From a virus, in IMG/VR virus record IMGVR_UViG_3300030106_006795, positions 16,746 to 80,745 of that record: 64,000 nt of DNA. One strand, given 5' to 3'. The notes beneath the pieces were generated by a model, which saw only the letters and a program-made list of their open reading frames with translations, did no database searches and was not told where the DNA came from. A program made the position numbers and the translations under genes. Every line of letters begins with the position of its first letter. Position 1 is the first letter of the stretch. Below are positions 9,937 to 19,146 of this stretch, piece by piece.

Positions 9937-10469
9937 TATAAAAGTTCCATAGGGGAACGATATTCTTCATATGGGAGGAACCAATGTTCGCAGGTATTTA
10001 GTATATCATACAGTAAAACAGTGGTCATTAAATCCTCTCTACCCTTCCTAGTATATCCTTTATACAGGGAATCTTTGAAATTTGAAACCTTTTTGGTCCA
10101 GTCACAAGTGTGGGCGAGGTCAAATAAATCGTCATTTTTAACACATAAGAAGAAAGCCCCATAGTCGAATGCTATCCATGCTGGCTTTTGTTCGCCATTG
10201 CACCAACCCATTTTCCCTTGCACGTTCTTTATTTCTAAAACTACCTTGCCTTCCTTTTGTGTTTGTTTTAGCCCTTTTACGTCAAATCCCACCCCATCAA
10301 CTACAAAATCAGTATGATTTTTTATATCATCCTGCTGGCTTGTTTTCTTTATTTGTTTTCCTGCCGCTCTACAAGAATCATAAAACCTTTGTTGCCCGTC
10401 ATTGCCGACATTGATTGATTTATTTATATGTCCTATCGAGGACATGCTTTTAGCTTTATTTGATATCAT
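9936..10469 (-). CDS. Hypothetical protein, possible PD-(D/E)xK nuclease fold
   Basis: 'TDFVVDGVGFDVKG' resembles D...(D/E)xK; coupled to the upstream gene by a 4-nt overlap. Confidence 0.5.
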   Translation of the reverse strand: MISNKAKSMSSIGHINKSINVGNDGQQRFYDSCRAAGKQIKKTSQQDDIKNHTDFVVDGVGFDVKGLKQTQKEGKVVLEIKNVQGKMGWCNGEQKPAWIAFDYGAFFLCVKNDDLFDLAHTCDWTKKVSNFKDSLYKGYTRKGREDLMTTVLLYDILNTCEHWFLPYEEYRSPMELL

Positions 10470-10807
10470 AAAGTAATTGTTTCTGTTTCTCCTGTTTTTG
10501 TATCAACCATAAAAAAATCGTCTACATTGTGCGCTCGATCATCAATCCAGTAGTCATATGACGGTTTGCCTAATCTTAAATCTGTTCTTTTAACACCCCA
10601 CTCATCAAGTTGTTTTCTGGTAAGTTCTGAATAATCTACTCCAGAATAACTACCTCTTGCTGTCCAATATATAATAGTGTGTCCAGCCTCGTAAAGCTTA
10701 TTGAAGAATTCTATTCTTGCTTTTATAGGTCTAGCCTCATCATACGGAGCGGTCCTATTATCATGAGTGCAAATTGTTCCGTCAATATCTACAATGTAAG
10801 TTTTCAT
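10466..10807 (-). CDS. Small HAD-superfamily phosphatase (capsule-biosynthesis phosphatase-like)
   Basis: Motif I DIDGT, motif II WTAR, motifs III/IV GKP..YWIDDR. Confidence 0.85.
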   Translation of the reverse strand: MKTYIVDIDGTICTHDNRTAPYDEARPIKARIEFFNKLYEAGHTIIYWTARGSYSGVDYSELTRKQLDEWGVKRTDLRLGKPSYDYWIDDRAHNVDDFFMVDTKTGETETITL

Positions 10808-11298
10808 TTCAATTTATTTATAATATCTGTAGTGCTAATATTTTCCACAAACGGGATCACTTTTAATATAGCTGGGCCTTTGGCCCTCATTTCTGATTTG
10901 TTTAAAGAGTCCTCATCATAGTCTCCCCCCTTGCACCAAAAATCTGGTTGCAATTCTTTTAAGTGTTTAGAGACTGTTTTGGTATTAAAGATAAAAACAT
11001 AATCTACAGCCTCATGGCAAGCAATGGTGTAAGCTCTCTGCTTTGCAGGTATTATAGGTCTATTATCGCCTTTTAAAGATTTAACGCTTGAATCGCTGTT
11101 AACACCAACAACTAATTTCGAGTTTAAGCTACAGGCATTTTTCATCCCGTATAATAAACTGGCATGTCCAGCATGAAATAAATCAAAACAACCGTTGGCA
11201 AAAATAAAGAATTTTTTTATTCCGCATTTTTCTAATTCTCTAGCGAACCGCCTCTCTCTTTTAATTTCTTCAAAAGAAACTATTTTTTTATGTTTCAT
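10804..11298 (-). CDS. hldC: Heptose-1-phosphate nucleotidyltransferase (RfaE domain II / HldC-like)
   Basis: NGCFDLFHAGH, VGVNSDSSV..LKG..RPI, KGGDY, ISTT. Confidence 0.85.
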   Translation of the reverse strand: MKHKKIVSFEEIKRERRFARELEKCGIKKFFIFANGCFDLFHAGHASLLYGMKNACSLNSKLVVGVNSDSSVKSLKGDNRPIIPAKQRAYTIACHEAVDYVFIFNTKTVSKHLKELQPDFWCKGGDYDEDSLNKSEMRAKGPAILKVIPFVENISTTDIINKLK

Positions 11299-12041
11299 AT
11301 GGTAGCAACCCCTTTCTTTCTAATAACTTTCTGGCAGCAATCTTGAGCAAATAAAATTGCCGTCTCTATATTTTTTGTAGCAGTGTAAGAATAAGCTAAC
11401 GCTGCTAGAAATGTGTCTCCTGCCCCAGAAACATCTCTGACTTCAGAAGGATTTACTATTTTATAATCTTTATAATTATACCAACAGCCCTTTGCTGCTT
11501 TTGTTACAATAATATTGTCTGCTCGGTGCTTCCATTCATTTTCCAAAAATTCTTTTTCATTTACCTTAATAAATGTGAAGTGATCTGCCCAATCAATATT
11601 AAAATTCTTTTTAGTATCTAAAAAGGAAAGGTTGCTTCTTGTGGCTATCTCCCTTAAATTATTTGCTGTCAAAAATCCCTTGTCGTAATCTGAAACGACT
11701 ACAGCGTCATATTCCTCTATATTGTCTGGTAGATTGCCACAATGAGGATAAGTATCTGTATCTACCCTTAAAAACATTTGGTTTGATTGAGAATCAATAT
11801 ATCTTGTCTTATGACCCTCTACCTCATTGGTAAACAAGTCTATTGAGTTCCTATATGGGATATTTTTAAGACTATCCTCATCAATCGCTAGCATATTTTG
11901 ATATACATTACTAGCCATGCCTAAATTTTCTACTCCGTCATCTGGAACAAAAACTGGGACAGGAGCTTCGGGGCAAAGTCTATTTGCTTTTCCATAACAA
12001 AATCTATCGCTACAACTTTCTCCAATAACTAGAAACTTCAT
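11295..12041 (-). CDS. hldA: PfkB-family heptose-7-phosphate kinase (RfaE domain I / HldA-like)
   Basis: RLCPEAPVPV, KTR, RVD, SDYDKG, DVSGAGDTFLAAL. Confidence 0.85.
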   Translation of the reverse strand: MKFLVIGESCSDRFCYGKANRLCPEAPVPVFVPDDGVENLGMASNVYQNMLAIDEDSLKNIPYRNSIDLFTNEVEGHKTRYIDSQSNQMFLRVDTDTYPHCGNLPDNIEEYDAVVVSDYDKGFLTANNLREIATRSNLSFLDTKKNFNIDWADHFTFIKVNEKEFLENEWKHRADNIIVTKAAKGCWYNYKDYKIVNPSEVRDVSGAGDTFLAALAYSYTATKNIETAILFAQDCCQKVIRKKGVATI

Positions 12042-12412
12042 TTTTGAGAAGCCCCCTTTTCTATCCTGTAAGAGTCTTCATTGAAGTGTTGTGTGCTTAC
12101 TTCAAAAACACTAGAATTTTCTAAAGCTGTTAGTTTGTGAGGAATGCACGGCTTTAGGTGAACAACATCTCCCTCTTGTAAAATTTTTTCTTTTTTTTCA
12201 GCCTTTTCTAAATCAAAAAACTCTAACTTTAATTTACCTTTTGTTACGCACCAAGTCTCTTCTTTTTTGATATGATAGTGCATAGAAAAAGAAGACCCCT
12301 CGTTAAAGCGAAGGATCTTCCCGCAATATTTTTCGTTATTAGCTATCCAAAGCTCATCGCCCCAACCTTTTGGGTGAGCTTCTAGTTTGGAAAAAATAGG
12401 CTCAATACTCAT
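12038..12412 (-). CDS. Cupin protein (sugar-phosphate isomerase-like)
   Basis: KGWGDE, SMHYHIKKEETW, IPHKL, FEVST cupin motifs. Confidence 0.8.
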   Translation of the reverse strand: MSIEPIFSKLEAHPKGWGDELWIANNEKYCGKILRFNEGSSFSMHYHIKKEETWCVTKGKLKLEFFDLEKAEKKEKILQEGDVVHLKPCIPHKLTALENSSVFEVSTQHFNEDSYRIEKGASQK

Positions 12413-12419
12413 TAAGAGT

Positions 12420-12447
12420 ATTATAACCTATTGAAATAATTATTCAA
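12420..12447 (-). promoter_or_regulatory. sigma70-type promoter, probably leaderless
   Basis: TTGAAT-16 nt-TATAAT, ending 7 nt before the ATG at 12412. Confidence 0.55.
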
Positions 12448-12454
12448 GGAATAA

Positions 12455-12646
12455 TTAATCTTCCGCTTTATCTTTTGCTTTGCCAATGTTCAAAGCAGCC
12501 CAGTCGATTAGACCGTAAACTTTTGCCCAAACAGACCCTTTTTTGGGAGTTGGGGTCGCTGCGGTAATGGCTGAAGCAAGAGCGATTGCGGCAGTTACTA
12601 CGCCGAACCAAGGATTGTCTTCAATTAATTTAATAATAATGTCCAT
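12455..12646 (-). CDS. Small membrane protein, holin-like
   Basis: 63 aa with hydrophobic helix WFGVVTAAIALASAITAATPTP and an amphipathic C-terminus; GTGTAA at 12673-12678. Confidence 0.6.
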   Translation of the reverse strand: MDIIIKLIEDNPWFGVVTAAIALASAITAATPTPKKGSVWAKVYGLIDWAALNIGKAKDKAED

Positions 12647-12698
12647 AATATATTATATGTGTTCTCTATATATTACACAATGGAAAATTTGCGGGGAA

Positions 12699-13460
12699 TT
12701 ATTGGTTTACCAAACCCTTTGGCTTTTGCTTATCTTTTAAAAAAGCTCTTTCTTTACCTATTTTTGTAACCTCTTTTGGGTCTTGAGGGCGACCAACAAA
12801 CAAAGCTTTATTTCTCTCTGTAGCCTCTCCGCTTTTTAAGTAGCTAAAAGTAATAGCCTTTCTTTCTGATTTTACGGTTGGAACACCATGATAAGAAGTG
12901 TCAGAATTTACAAAAATGACTAACCTATTATTAAGAGGTTCTAATTCATGTTTAGCTTCTTTCATTGAATCATCCCAAATTTCTAAACATCCTTGGTCTC
13001 TCTCTTTGCAATAGTCTTTTTTATTAAAATAAAATAGCAAAGTTAACTCTTTTCTTAAATTGTTTTCTGGGTGCTTCCGAGCATCACTATGTATCAATTG
13101 ATACGACTCAGGAAGCATTGTTCTCATGCCAGACCACCTCATGCTTTTGTCTGCCTCAATATCTTCTATTCCAGTGATATCTTTTATCTTGTTTAAAAAT
13201 TTGTCATTGTGAAAAAAGCTTACTAAATCTCCAATATTTTTAGGCATTTTCTCTAAATCACTAATAGCTAGCATTCTCTGTTCTAAAATATTTTTCTTTC
13301 CGTTAACTTCTTTATAGCCAGAGTGCCAGAGTGGAGAATCTTTATCGGGCCAATCTTTTTTAATTTGATCTACTAAATTTTCATCTAATAAATCATCAAC
13401 AACCCAAACAGGATATGGATCTTTAATAAAGCTTACTTTATAGTTTGTATTTATCTTCAT
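12699..13460 (-). CDS. 2OG-Fe(II) oxygenase
   Basis: HxD (IHSD), GCLEIWD, NRLVIF, SYHGV and distal R. Confidence 0.85.
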   Translation of the reverse strand: MKINTNYKVSFIKDPYPVWVVDDLLDENLVDQIKKDWPDKDSPLWHSGYKEVNGKKNILEQRMLAISDLEKMPKNIGDLVSFFHNDKFLNKIKDITGIEDIEADKSMRWSGMRTMLPESYQLIHSDARKHPENNLRKELTLLFYFNKKDYCKERDQGCLEIWDDSMKEAKHELEPLNNRLVIFVNSDTSYHGVPTVKSERKAITFSYLKSGEATERNKALFVGRPQDPKEVTKIGKERAFLKDKQKPKGLVNQ

Positions 13461-13463
13461 GCT

Positions 13464-13754
13464 CTAAAGATTTATTGAAATGGGAGCGATCTCCTCTAGT
13501 TCTTCGCAAATCCTGTCGATTTCTGCCTTGTCCATTTTTCTAGCCCTATTTCTTAATTTAGAAACTTCCCATTCAAATTTACAAAACTTCTCATCTTGAT
13601 CGATATTGCATCTTTCTTTGCTATCAAAAATAAAAGTATCAAAAACCTCATACCGAATAGGGTCAATGCATTTTTCAATAGGATCAAATGTAGAATTTCC
13701 TACGACATAATCAAAGATGTCATACCTGCTAACCTTGATTTTAGTTTTTTCCAT
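13464..13754 (-). CDS. Hypothetical protein
   Basis: 96-aa ORF packed in the operon; TATAAT 6 nt upstream of the ATG. Confidence 0.65.
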   Translation of the reverse strand: MEKTKIKVSRYDIFDYVVGNSTFDPIEKCIDPIRYEVFDTFIFDSKERCNIDQDEKFCKFEWEVSKLRNRARKMDKAEIDRICEELEEIAPISINL

Positions 13755-13785
13755 CTAACTATTATAAATGGAAAAATAAAGAATT

Positions 13786-14406
13786 CTACACAATTCTTAT
13801 TCTGCTTCTTATTTTTGAAACGTGTCTTTTCTTTTCTAAAACAGAGCCTCCTTCTCTGCTCCCCGCTCCGTTTGTATTACCCTCAATGGTAACTACATAA
13901 CCCTTTGAGTCTACGTCTTTTACAGCTAGCCCTATGTGAGAGAAAGTAAACACAACAATGTCTCCAGCTTTTATATCTTCGTTTGTGGGCTTGCGTAAAT
14001 CTATACCGCTCGCTCCTTGTTGCTTCGCCCAATTCTCAAAATCCCAAGCTCCAGCCGTTCTAGGTCTCTTAAATGATACATCTTCACCATCTATAGCCTC
14101 TCTTACTAACCAGCAAATAAAAGCAGCGCACCAAGGCCAGCCTTTATCTGCGTCGAGCCATGTAGCAGCTTTATATTCATCAACTCTAGGGCCGCAGTTG
14201 CTTCCGTCAACCTCAGAAACGCCAATCTCTTCACGAGCTAATTTAACCATTTTATCTGGAATGCTACCAGTTATTGTAGTTGTTTCTTTTGTAGATAATT
14301 TAGCCAAAATAGCATTCCAAGTAACAGGTCCATCAGCCCCGTCAGCAGAAACTTCAAGAAGCCTCTGCACTGCTCTAACTACTTCTTTTTTGCCTTTAAA
14401 ATTCAT
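13786..14406 (-). CDS. Endolysin: peptidoglycan-binding domain plus CHAP amidase
   Basis: VRAVQRLL..ADGADGPVTW (PG-binding), PWCAAF catalytic Cys, SHIGLA His, TIEGNT. Confidence 0.88.
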   Translation of the reverse strand: MNFKGKKEVVRAVQRLLEVSADGADGPVTWNAILAKLSTKETTTITGSIPDKMVKLAREEIGVSEVDGSNCGPRVDEYKAATWLDADKGWPWCAAFICWLVREAIDGEDVSFKRPRTAGAWDFENWAKQQGASGIDLRKPTNEDIKAGDIVVFTFSHIGLAVKDVDSKGYVVTIEGNTNGAGSREGGSVLEKKRHVSKIRSRIRIV

Positions 14407-15011
14407 TATTCACATCTCCTGCTAAACCCAGCACATATCGACATTACGATTGATAAAACGATAGCTAATATCATAAAGTCGCTATATTTTTTAATTTTAA
14501 TGTTTAATAATTCAGCTTGCTCTTCATTATAATACATTTTTGTATCCATAATGTTGTTAATAGCATCAATTGTAGGGTCAGTCATTTCATACATTTTAGG
14601 AACTGATGACTTAATCATTTCAATATTATTCGTGTTTCCCCATTCAATTAATTGATTAACATAAATATTTATTTTCTTTTCTTGCTCGAAAACAAACTCA
14701 GCATACTCTACTTCTTTAGGCGTTATATCTTTTTTATAACCTTCTAAATATTCATCCTTATATACTCTCTCTTCTTCTAAAGTTTCTACCATCTCTGCGG
14801 GTGTGATTACCCCATGAGAGGTTTTTACTACTGAATTCACTATAATTACTCCATACCAATCAAAACACATACCTATCTCCATGATTGAAGATTCTGATTG
14901 TCGGGCATTTTCTTTTAACGTGTTTTGGATATTTTCAGTGAGAAGCAATCCTTTGGCAGCGAAGGCCAAACAAATAGCGGCTAAACAATAAACTATAAAT
15001 TTTGGTCTCAT
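14406..15011 (-). CDS. Two-TM protein with a chemoreceptor-type four-helix-bundle periplasmic domain and no cytoplasmic signalling domain
   Basis: TM at aa approx. 5-24 and 180-196. YGVIIVNSVVKTSHG...Y....TPKE...MYEMTDPTIDAINNI resembles 4HB_MCP-type ligand-binding domains. Confidence 0.65.
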   Translation of the reverse strand: MRPKFIVYCLAAICLAFAAKGLLLTENIQNTLKENARQSESSIMEIGMCFDWYGVIIVNSVVKTSHGVITPAEMVETLEEERVYKDEYLEGYKKDITPKEVEYAEFVFEQEKKINIYVNQLIEWGNTNNIEMIKSSVPKMYEMTDPTIDAINNIMDTKMYYNEEQAELLNIKIKKYSDFMILAIVLSIVMSICAGFSRRCE

Positions 15012-15325
15012 TTCTTAATAAATTTTTCTGGATTCTTCTCAAATTTTTGACCCAAACGAACAATTCCTCCTATAAACTCAGGGCTTACTACTCCAATAAT
15101 TCCGTAAGTGATTGCTTTGGTAAGAGAAGAAACATCAGTTTGTTCTAAAACAAACCAAGCAATACCAGCGGCGATAGCTGCCGTTAAAATTCTTTTAAAC
15201 TGTTGTTTTAGTGATAAACCATTGTTGCCCGACAAAAGTCTAGCAAACATCGCAGCGGCTCCAATAAGAGGCACTAACCATCCACCACTCAAGAATTCTT
15301 TGATTAAAGACTTTTCGGGTTCCAT
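15008..15325 (-). CDS. Holin (about 3 TM segments)
   Basis: 105 aa, three hydrophobic segments, charged C-terminal tail, upstream of the endolysin; GTGTAA at 15337-15342. Confidence 0.7.
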   Translation of the reverse strand: MEPEKSLIKEFLSGGWLVPLIGAAAMFARLLSGNNGLSLKQQFKRILTAAIAAGIAWFVLEQTDVSSLTKAITYGIIGVVSPEFIGGIVRLGQKFEKNPEKFIKK

Positions 15326-15342
15326 ATATCTCTATGTTACAC

Positions 15343-15373
15343 AAAAAAAGCCTCCCGCGAAGGAGGCTTTTTT
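15343..15373 (-). terminator. Intrinsic terminator (bidirectional form) after the outer-membrane protein gene
   Basis: A-tract, GCCTCC-loop-GGAGGC, T-tract. Confidence 0.9.
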
Positions 15374-15398
15374 ATTTTATATATAAAACTAATTAAAA

Positions 15399-16079
15399 TT
15401 AGAATTTGTAAGACAATCCTGCGCTAACTCCCCAATCGTGGTCTAGCTCATAAAGAGTGCCGTCAGCATCATTATGAAGATAAGAAGCTTTAGCTCCAAC
15501 AGAAAGGCCATTTCCGATATCATAACCGAGTGCAACACCGATTTCTACAGAGTTGTAATCATTAGCTAAATTAGCAGTTAAAAAAGGAGTTGTTGTAAGA
15601 TTATCAACAAAAAGCTCTAGATCTTTAGAAACAGTAAGTTCAACGCCGTAAGAAGCGCTAGAACCAAGTTGATGCCAAACGGTAGCGGTAACATCTGCAA
15701 GGGCATCACTGTAAGTTAGCCCGAGGCCAAGTTGTTCCCAACCTCCATAAGAAGACTCGATCTTCTTAAAAGAAGCAACTCCTGCGAGATCCTGTCCTAG
15801 AATATTTACTGGACGACCCCAAGAGACTGAAATATCAGTATCTGTATTGCCATCTCCTTCTGCTAGACCAATGCCTACAGAAAGATCCCCATCTGCTACA
15901 GCAGTGCCAAGAGTAAGAGAATAGTTTGTTGTATCTTCTCTAACTGCAAGACCATTGCTAGTTGATAAATTACTAAAAGAAATACCACCTTCAGCAGAAA
16001 CATCTGCGATAGTAGTAGCTTTAACTGCGCCAACCATTGCAGCGCCCATCAGTAGTGTCGTAAGAATTAATTTCTTCAT
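15399..16079 (-). CDS. Outer-membrane beta-barrel (porin-like) protein
   Basis: Sec signal peptide MKKLILTTLLMGAAMVGAVKA, alternating amphipathic strands, C-terminal GLSYKF beta-signal. Confidence 0.8.
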   Translation of the reverse strand: MKKLILTTLLMGAAMVGAVKATTIADVSAEGGISFSNLSTSNGLAVREDTTNYSLTLGTAVADGDLSVGIGLAEGDGNTDTDISVSWGRPVNILGQDLAGVASFKKIESSYGGWEQLGLGLTYSDALADVTATVWHQLGSSASYGVELTVSKDLELFVDNLTTTPFLTANLANDYNSVEIGVALGYDIGNGLSVGAKASYLHNDADGTLYELDHDWGVSAGLSYKF

Positions 16080-16085
16080 AAATTA

Positions 16086-16114
16086 ACTATATATTACAGA
16101 ATTGTAATTGTCAA
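16086..16114 (-). promoter_or_regulatory. sigma70-type promoter, probably leaderless
   Basis: TTGACA-17 nt-TATAGT, ending 6 nt before the ATG at 16079. Confidence 0.75.
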
Positions 16115-16122
16115 GGGAAATA

Positions 16123-16335
16123 TTATTCCTCACCTTCAGGTTCTTCAGGAGCTTCTACAGAGTCTGCAAATTCAGGGGTATTATCAACCACTGGCGGTGG
16201 ACCTGCTTCTGCTCTAATTTTATTTACTAATACAACGGCTGCTTCAGCAACCCCTAATCCCTGTGACTTGACTGCAATATCAATTAATTGAGCCAAGGCA
16301 GAAAGTTCATCATCGGTGAAATCAATAGTTTTCAT
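16123..16335 (-). CDS. Hypothetical small acidic protein
   Basis: 70-aa ORF with a helical core and acidic tail. Confidence 0.7.
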   Translation of the reverse strand: MKTIDFTDDELSALAQLIDIAVKSQGLGVAEAAVVLVNKIRAEAGPPPVVDNTPEFADSVEAPEEPEGEE

Positions 16336-16379
16336 ATATATTTATATTATTCAAAGAATAATATTTATCCACTTTTTTT

Positions 16380-16610
16380 TTAAGGATTTGGATCATCAGG
16401 CGGCCAAATAACAGAATTTTTCAATTTAGATTTTTCTGCGTCCGTAAGAGTGCCTTGATCATCATCTGGTATACATAAAGCCCATTTGCCAGCTTTTGTT
16501 ATACTTGCTCCCCACCAAAATCTAGTAGTGCCAACGCAACCTCTAGCTTCAGCCTCTTGTGCAGTTCTGTTTAGTGCTTCTGTTTCTGTGTCAAATACTA
16601 AATATTTCAT
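16380..16610 (-). CDS. Hypothetical protein
   Basis: 76-aa ORF starting 3 nt after the upstream stop. Confidence 0.7.
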   Translation of the reverse strand: MKYLVFDTETEALNRTAQEAEARGCVGTTRFWWGASITKAGKWALCIPDDDQGTLTDAEKSKLKNSVIWPPDDPNP

Positions 16611-16613
16611 ATA

Positions 16614-19121
16614 TTAAAACATATTATAATAATTGTTCATTTGTGTTTCTATGCCAGTCCTAGTGCTTAACTGATCTCCTGTATAGATAAGAGTCTCTTG
16701 CATTAAACCTTCAAAGTTATGTGTTTCATTATTATTAGAAGCATAGAAACCTAAATTTAATATATTATCGTGAGTTCCTGTGTAAATAGCACTATTCCCT
16801 CCGACTACTGAATATAATTTATTGTGGTCTAATAATTGAAATGCGCCACTTCTTGTCAGCTCTGGATCATTTGGATCGTAATCAACTCCATTTACTCGTA
16901 ATGTTTTATTTACATTGCCTAATGAACCAATAGAAGTCGATGAAGATCCAGAGTCTATTATAATATAATTTGATGTGCCTGAAGAGGTAAACCAAATGTG
17001 TCTCTTTCTAAAGTTAGCGTTAGCGTTAGAAGCAGCGTTAGAAACATCAAAGTCGGACACGAAAAAAGCATCTAATTTAGTGCCACTGAATTGGCTACTG
17101 ATATACATATTCTTACCAACGTCCCACTTGACTCCAGCTTTACCATTTCCTCCTGTAATCATAGCACCGTTTTCAACTACTAAAGGTTGATATGATGCTG
17201 TTGTTTGTTGAAAGTTTTTTTGATCTGACCCTACTGCTGATTGATCATACCAAGTTGTGACGAATCCATTGGCCTCGTTAGGTGTTCCAATTGTTTTTGT
17301 ATATGTTCCTGCGCTTGATCCTTTGACTAGTTGAAACCCAAATACATCAGCAGAAAGAGAGGTTATAGTGCTTGATGTATGCAATCTCACTCTTAACCTT
17401 GTATGAGCTTGTGCGAATGTATGTGTCACTGTAAATCTTTGCCACTCATCTGTTGTGTTATTTAATGTGACTTCAGATTGCTCGTAATCACCACCTGCAT
17501 CTCTTGTCAATTGAAGTTTTACAACTCCTCCTGCAACACTAACATTTTTTACATAAACCGAAGCTGTAAAAACATCTCCTGCTTCTATTGCAGGGGTATT
17601 TGTTTCTGTTGTTTCTGTTATAAGTTTATTCCCCGCAGAAGCTGTCACTCTATAAAACCCATCATCATTAAGTGCGTTATCTCCAGCTATTTCTGTAGCC
17701 GTAATTCCATCAGCACTCCACTCACTTAAATCTTCAGAAAAAGGCACTAAATTTTGAATTCCAATATAATTACCAAGTATTTCTTGTGGTCTGTCTAGTT
17801 TAGTGATAGTAGAGCCGCTTGTTTTAATGTATTTCTCTACAGTTTGCCCGTTACTTAATTGCGCTCCAAAAAAGATAGTGTTATCAAGTCCATTATCTCT
17901 ATCTGGGAACAACCTCATTGAAAGTTGAGCCGTTGAAGCAGAGGGTGTAAATGAAAAACTTACTCTAGTAAACCCATTAGAAGAAGCTGTATATATTACA
18001 TTTGAAATAGATGTAGCTGTAGCTGTAGAAAAAGAACCATCGGCTGCAACATCAACTTTAAGTAATCCTCTGTTAGCATAGCCATTTTCATTATCTACAA
18101 ATTGAACTTGAAAGTTATCTGATGTTCCAGCTTTTACGAAAACGCTTCCATTGTATACTTGATTTGCAACTACAGTCGTTAGTATTTCTCTACGGGCTGT
18201 CCCTAGCACCTCCATAATAGTTAAATTAGTTACAGCAAGATTATTTGAACTTGATCGAAGCGCAAAAGCACCAGTAGCGGTTGCGGTAAAAGTGAAACTT
18301 TGATTATCTCCTACAGAGGTGAAAGTTCCTGCGTCTGATGGATCGTTTTTGTAAGTTACGCCGTTTGTTGCGTCATAAACATTACAAGTTCCATCATCTA
18401 AAGTTTTAACATCTATTATTACTTTATATGTTTTACCTGATTCTAAAGTCCAAGCACCATAAGATAAATTTGTTCCGCTTCCTCCTCCAGTTCTAGTAGC
18501 AAGTCCGTTTGTCGTATTTATGGCCCAATTAGTTCCTACTGTCCACCCAGCAGAAGATGAAAAATCAAATTCTACCCTCTCTGATTCAAAAAGAGTAGCG
18601 TTTGTGCCACCAAAAGGATCTGATTGACTCGCAGTTAAGGTAGTAGTCACATTACTCCAACTAGAAAAAGTCTCTGACTGAGTTACTAGGTTTTCTCTAT
18701 AATCAATAATTGGAGAATTTAAAGATAAAACTCCATCGTTATCACCTCTCACATCGACCTCTGTATTATCAGTAGATCTCCTTACCCTCACAATAGGACC
18801 ACCAAAACCAATATTTCTACAAGAAAAACCACACGCGATTCCACTTGGAAATCTAGCTATTAAAGGATCGCCTTTATATCTAAATCCAGCGTCATAAGGC
18901 TCAAGAAAAATTGACTCAGAGCCACTTATATTTAAATCATTTAATTTTCTATTATATTCTCTAAAAGTCCCGTCAGAAAATTCGTGATAATTTGAACCAG
19001 TTCCTTTTCTAGCTAAATAATCTCCTGTTAGCTGATTTCTATATTCAACCCAAACACCACTCGACGTAGAAAAATCGGTGTGAATTTGACCTTTGAGTGG
19101 ACTGCCTTCTTGATATGCCAT
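16614..19121 (-). CDS. Virion protein with repeated carbohydrate-binding-like beta-sandwich domains (fibre/spike-like)
   Basis: Two 'NLVxxSExxSxW...[F]G[A/F]QL..G....Y.KT' modules, plus IVRVRRSTDN and FVTTWYDQS motifs; Ser/Thr/Gly-rich; GTGTAG at 19131-19136. Confidence 0.7.
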   Translation of the reverse strand: MAYQEGSPLKGQIHTDFSTSSGVWVEYRNQLTGDYLARKGTGSNYHEFSDGTFREYNRKLNDLNISGSESIFLEPYDAGFRYKGDPLIARFPSGIACGFSCRNIGFGGPIVRVRRSTDNTEVDVRGDNDGVLSLNSPIIDYRENLVTQSETFSSWSNVTTTLTASQSDPFGGTNATLFESERVEFDFSSSAGWTVGTNWAINTTNGLATRTGGGSGTNLSYGAWTLESGKTYKVIIDVKTLDDGTCNVYDATNGVTYKNDPSDAGTFTSVGDNQSFTFTATATGAFALRSSSNNLAVTNLTIMEVLGTARREILTTVVANQVYNGSVFVKAGTSDNFQVQFVDNENGYANRGLLKVDVAADGSFSTATATSISNVIYTASSNGFTRVSFSFTPSASTAQLSMRLFPDRDNGLDNTIFFGAQLSNGQTVEKYIKTSGSTITKLDRPQEILGNYIGIQNLVPFSEDLSEWSADGITATEIAGDNALNDDGFYRVTASAGNKLITETTETNTPAIEAGDVFTASVYVKNVSVAGGVVKLQLTRDAGGDYEQSEVTLNNTTDEWQRFTVTHTFAQAHTRLRVRLHTSSTITSLSADVFGFQLVKGSSAGTYTKTIGTPNEANGFVTTWYDQSAVGSDQKNFQQTTASYQPLVVENGAMITGGNGKAGVKWDVGKNMYISSQFSGTKLDAFFVSDFDVSNAASNANANFRKRHIWFTSSGTSNYIIIDSGSSSTSIGSLGNVNKTLRVNGVDYDPNDPELTRSGAFQLLDHNKLYSVVGGNSAIYTGTHDNILNLGFYASNNNETHNFEGLMQETLIYTGDQLSTRTGIETQMNNYYNMF

Positions 19122-19146
19122 TACTAGAATCTACACTTAAAAGTGT

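Noticed and set aside
12699-13460. TET/JBP-type DNA-modifying dioxygenase
   Set aside because: Motif spacing fits the common prolyl-hydroxylase-like 2OG-Fe(II) family of marine phages; no evidence for a DNA substrate.
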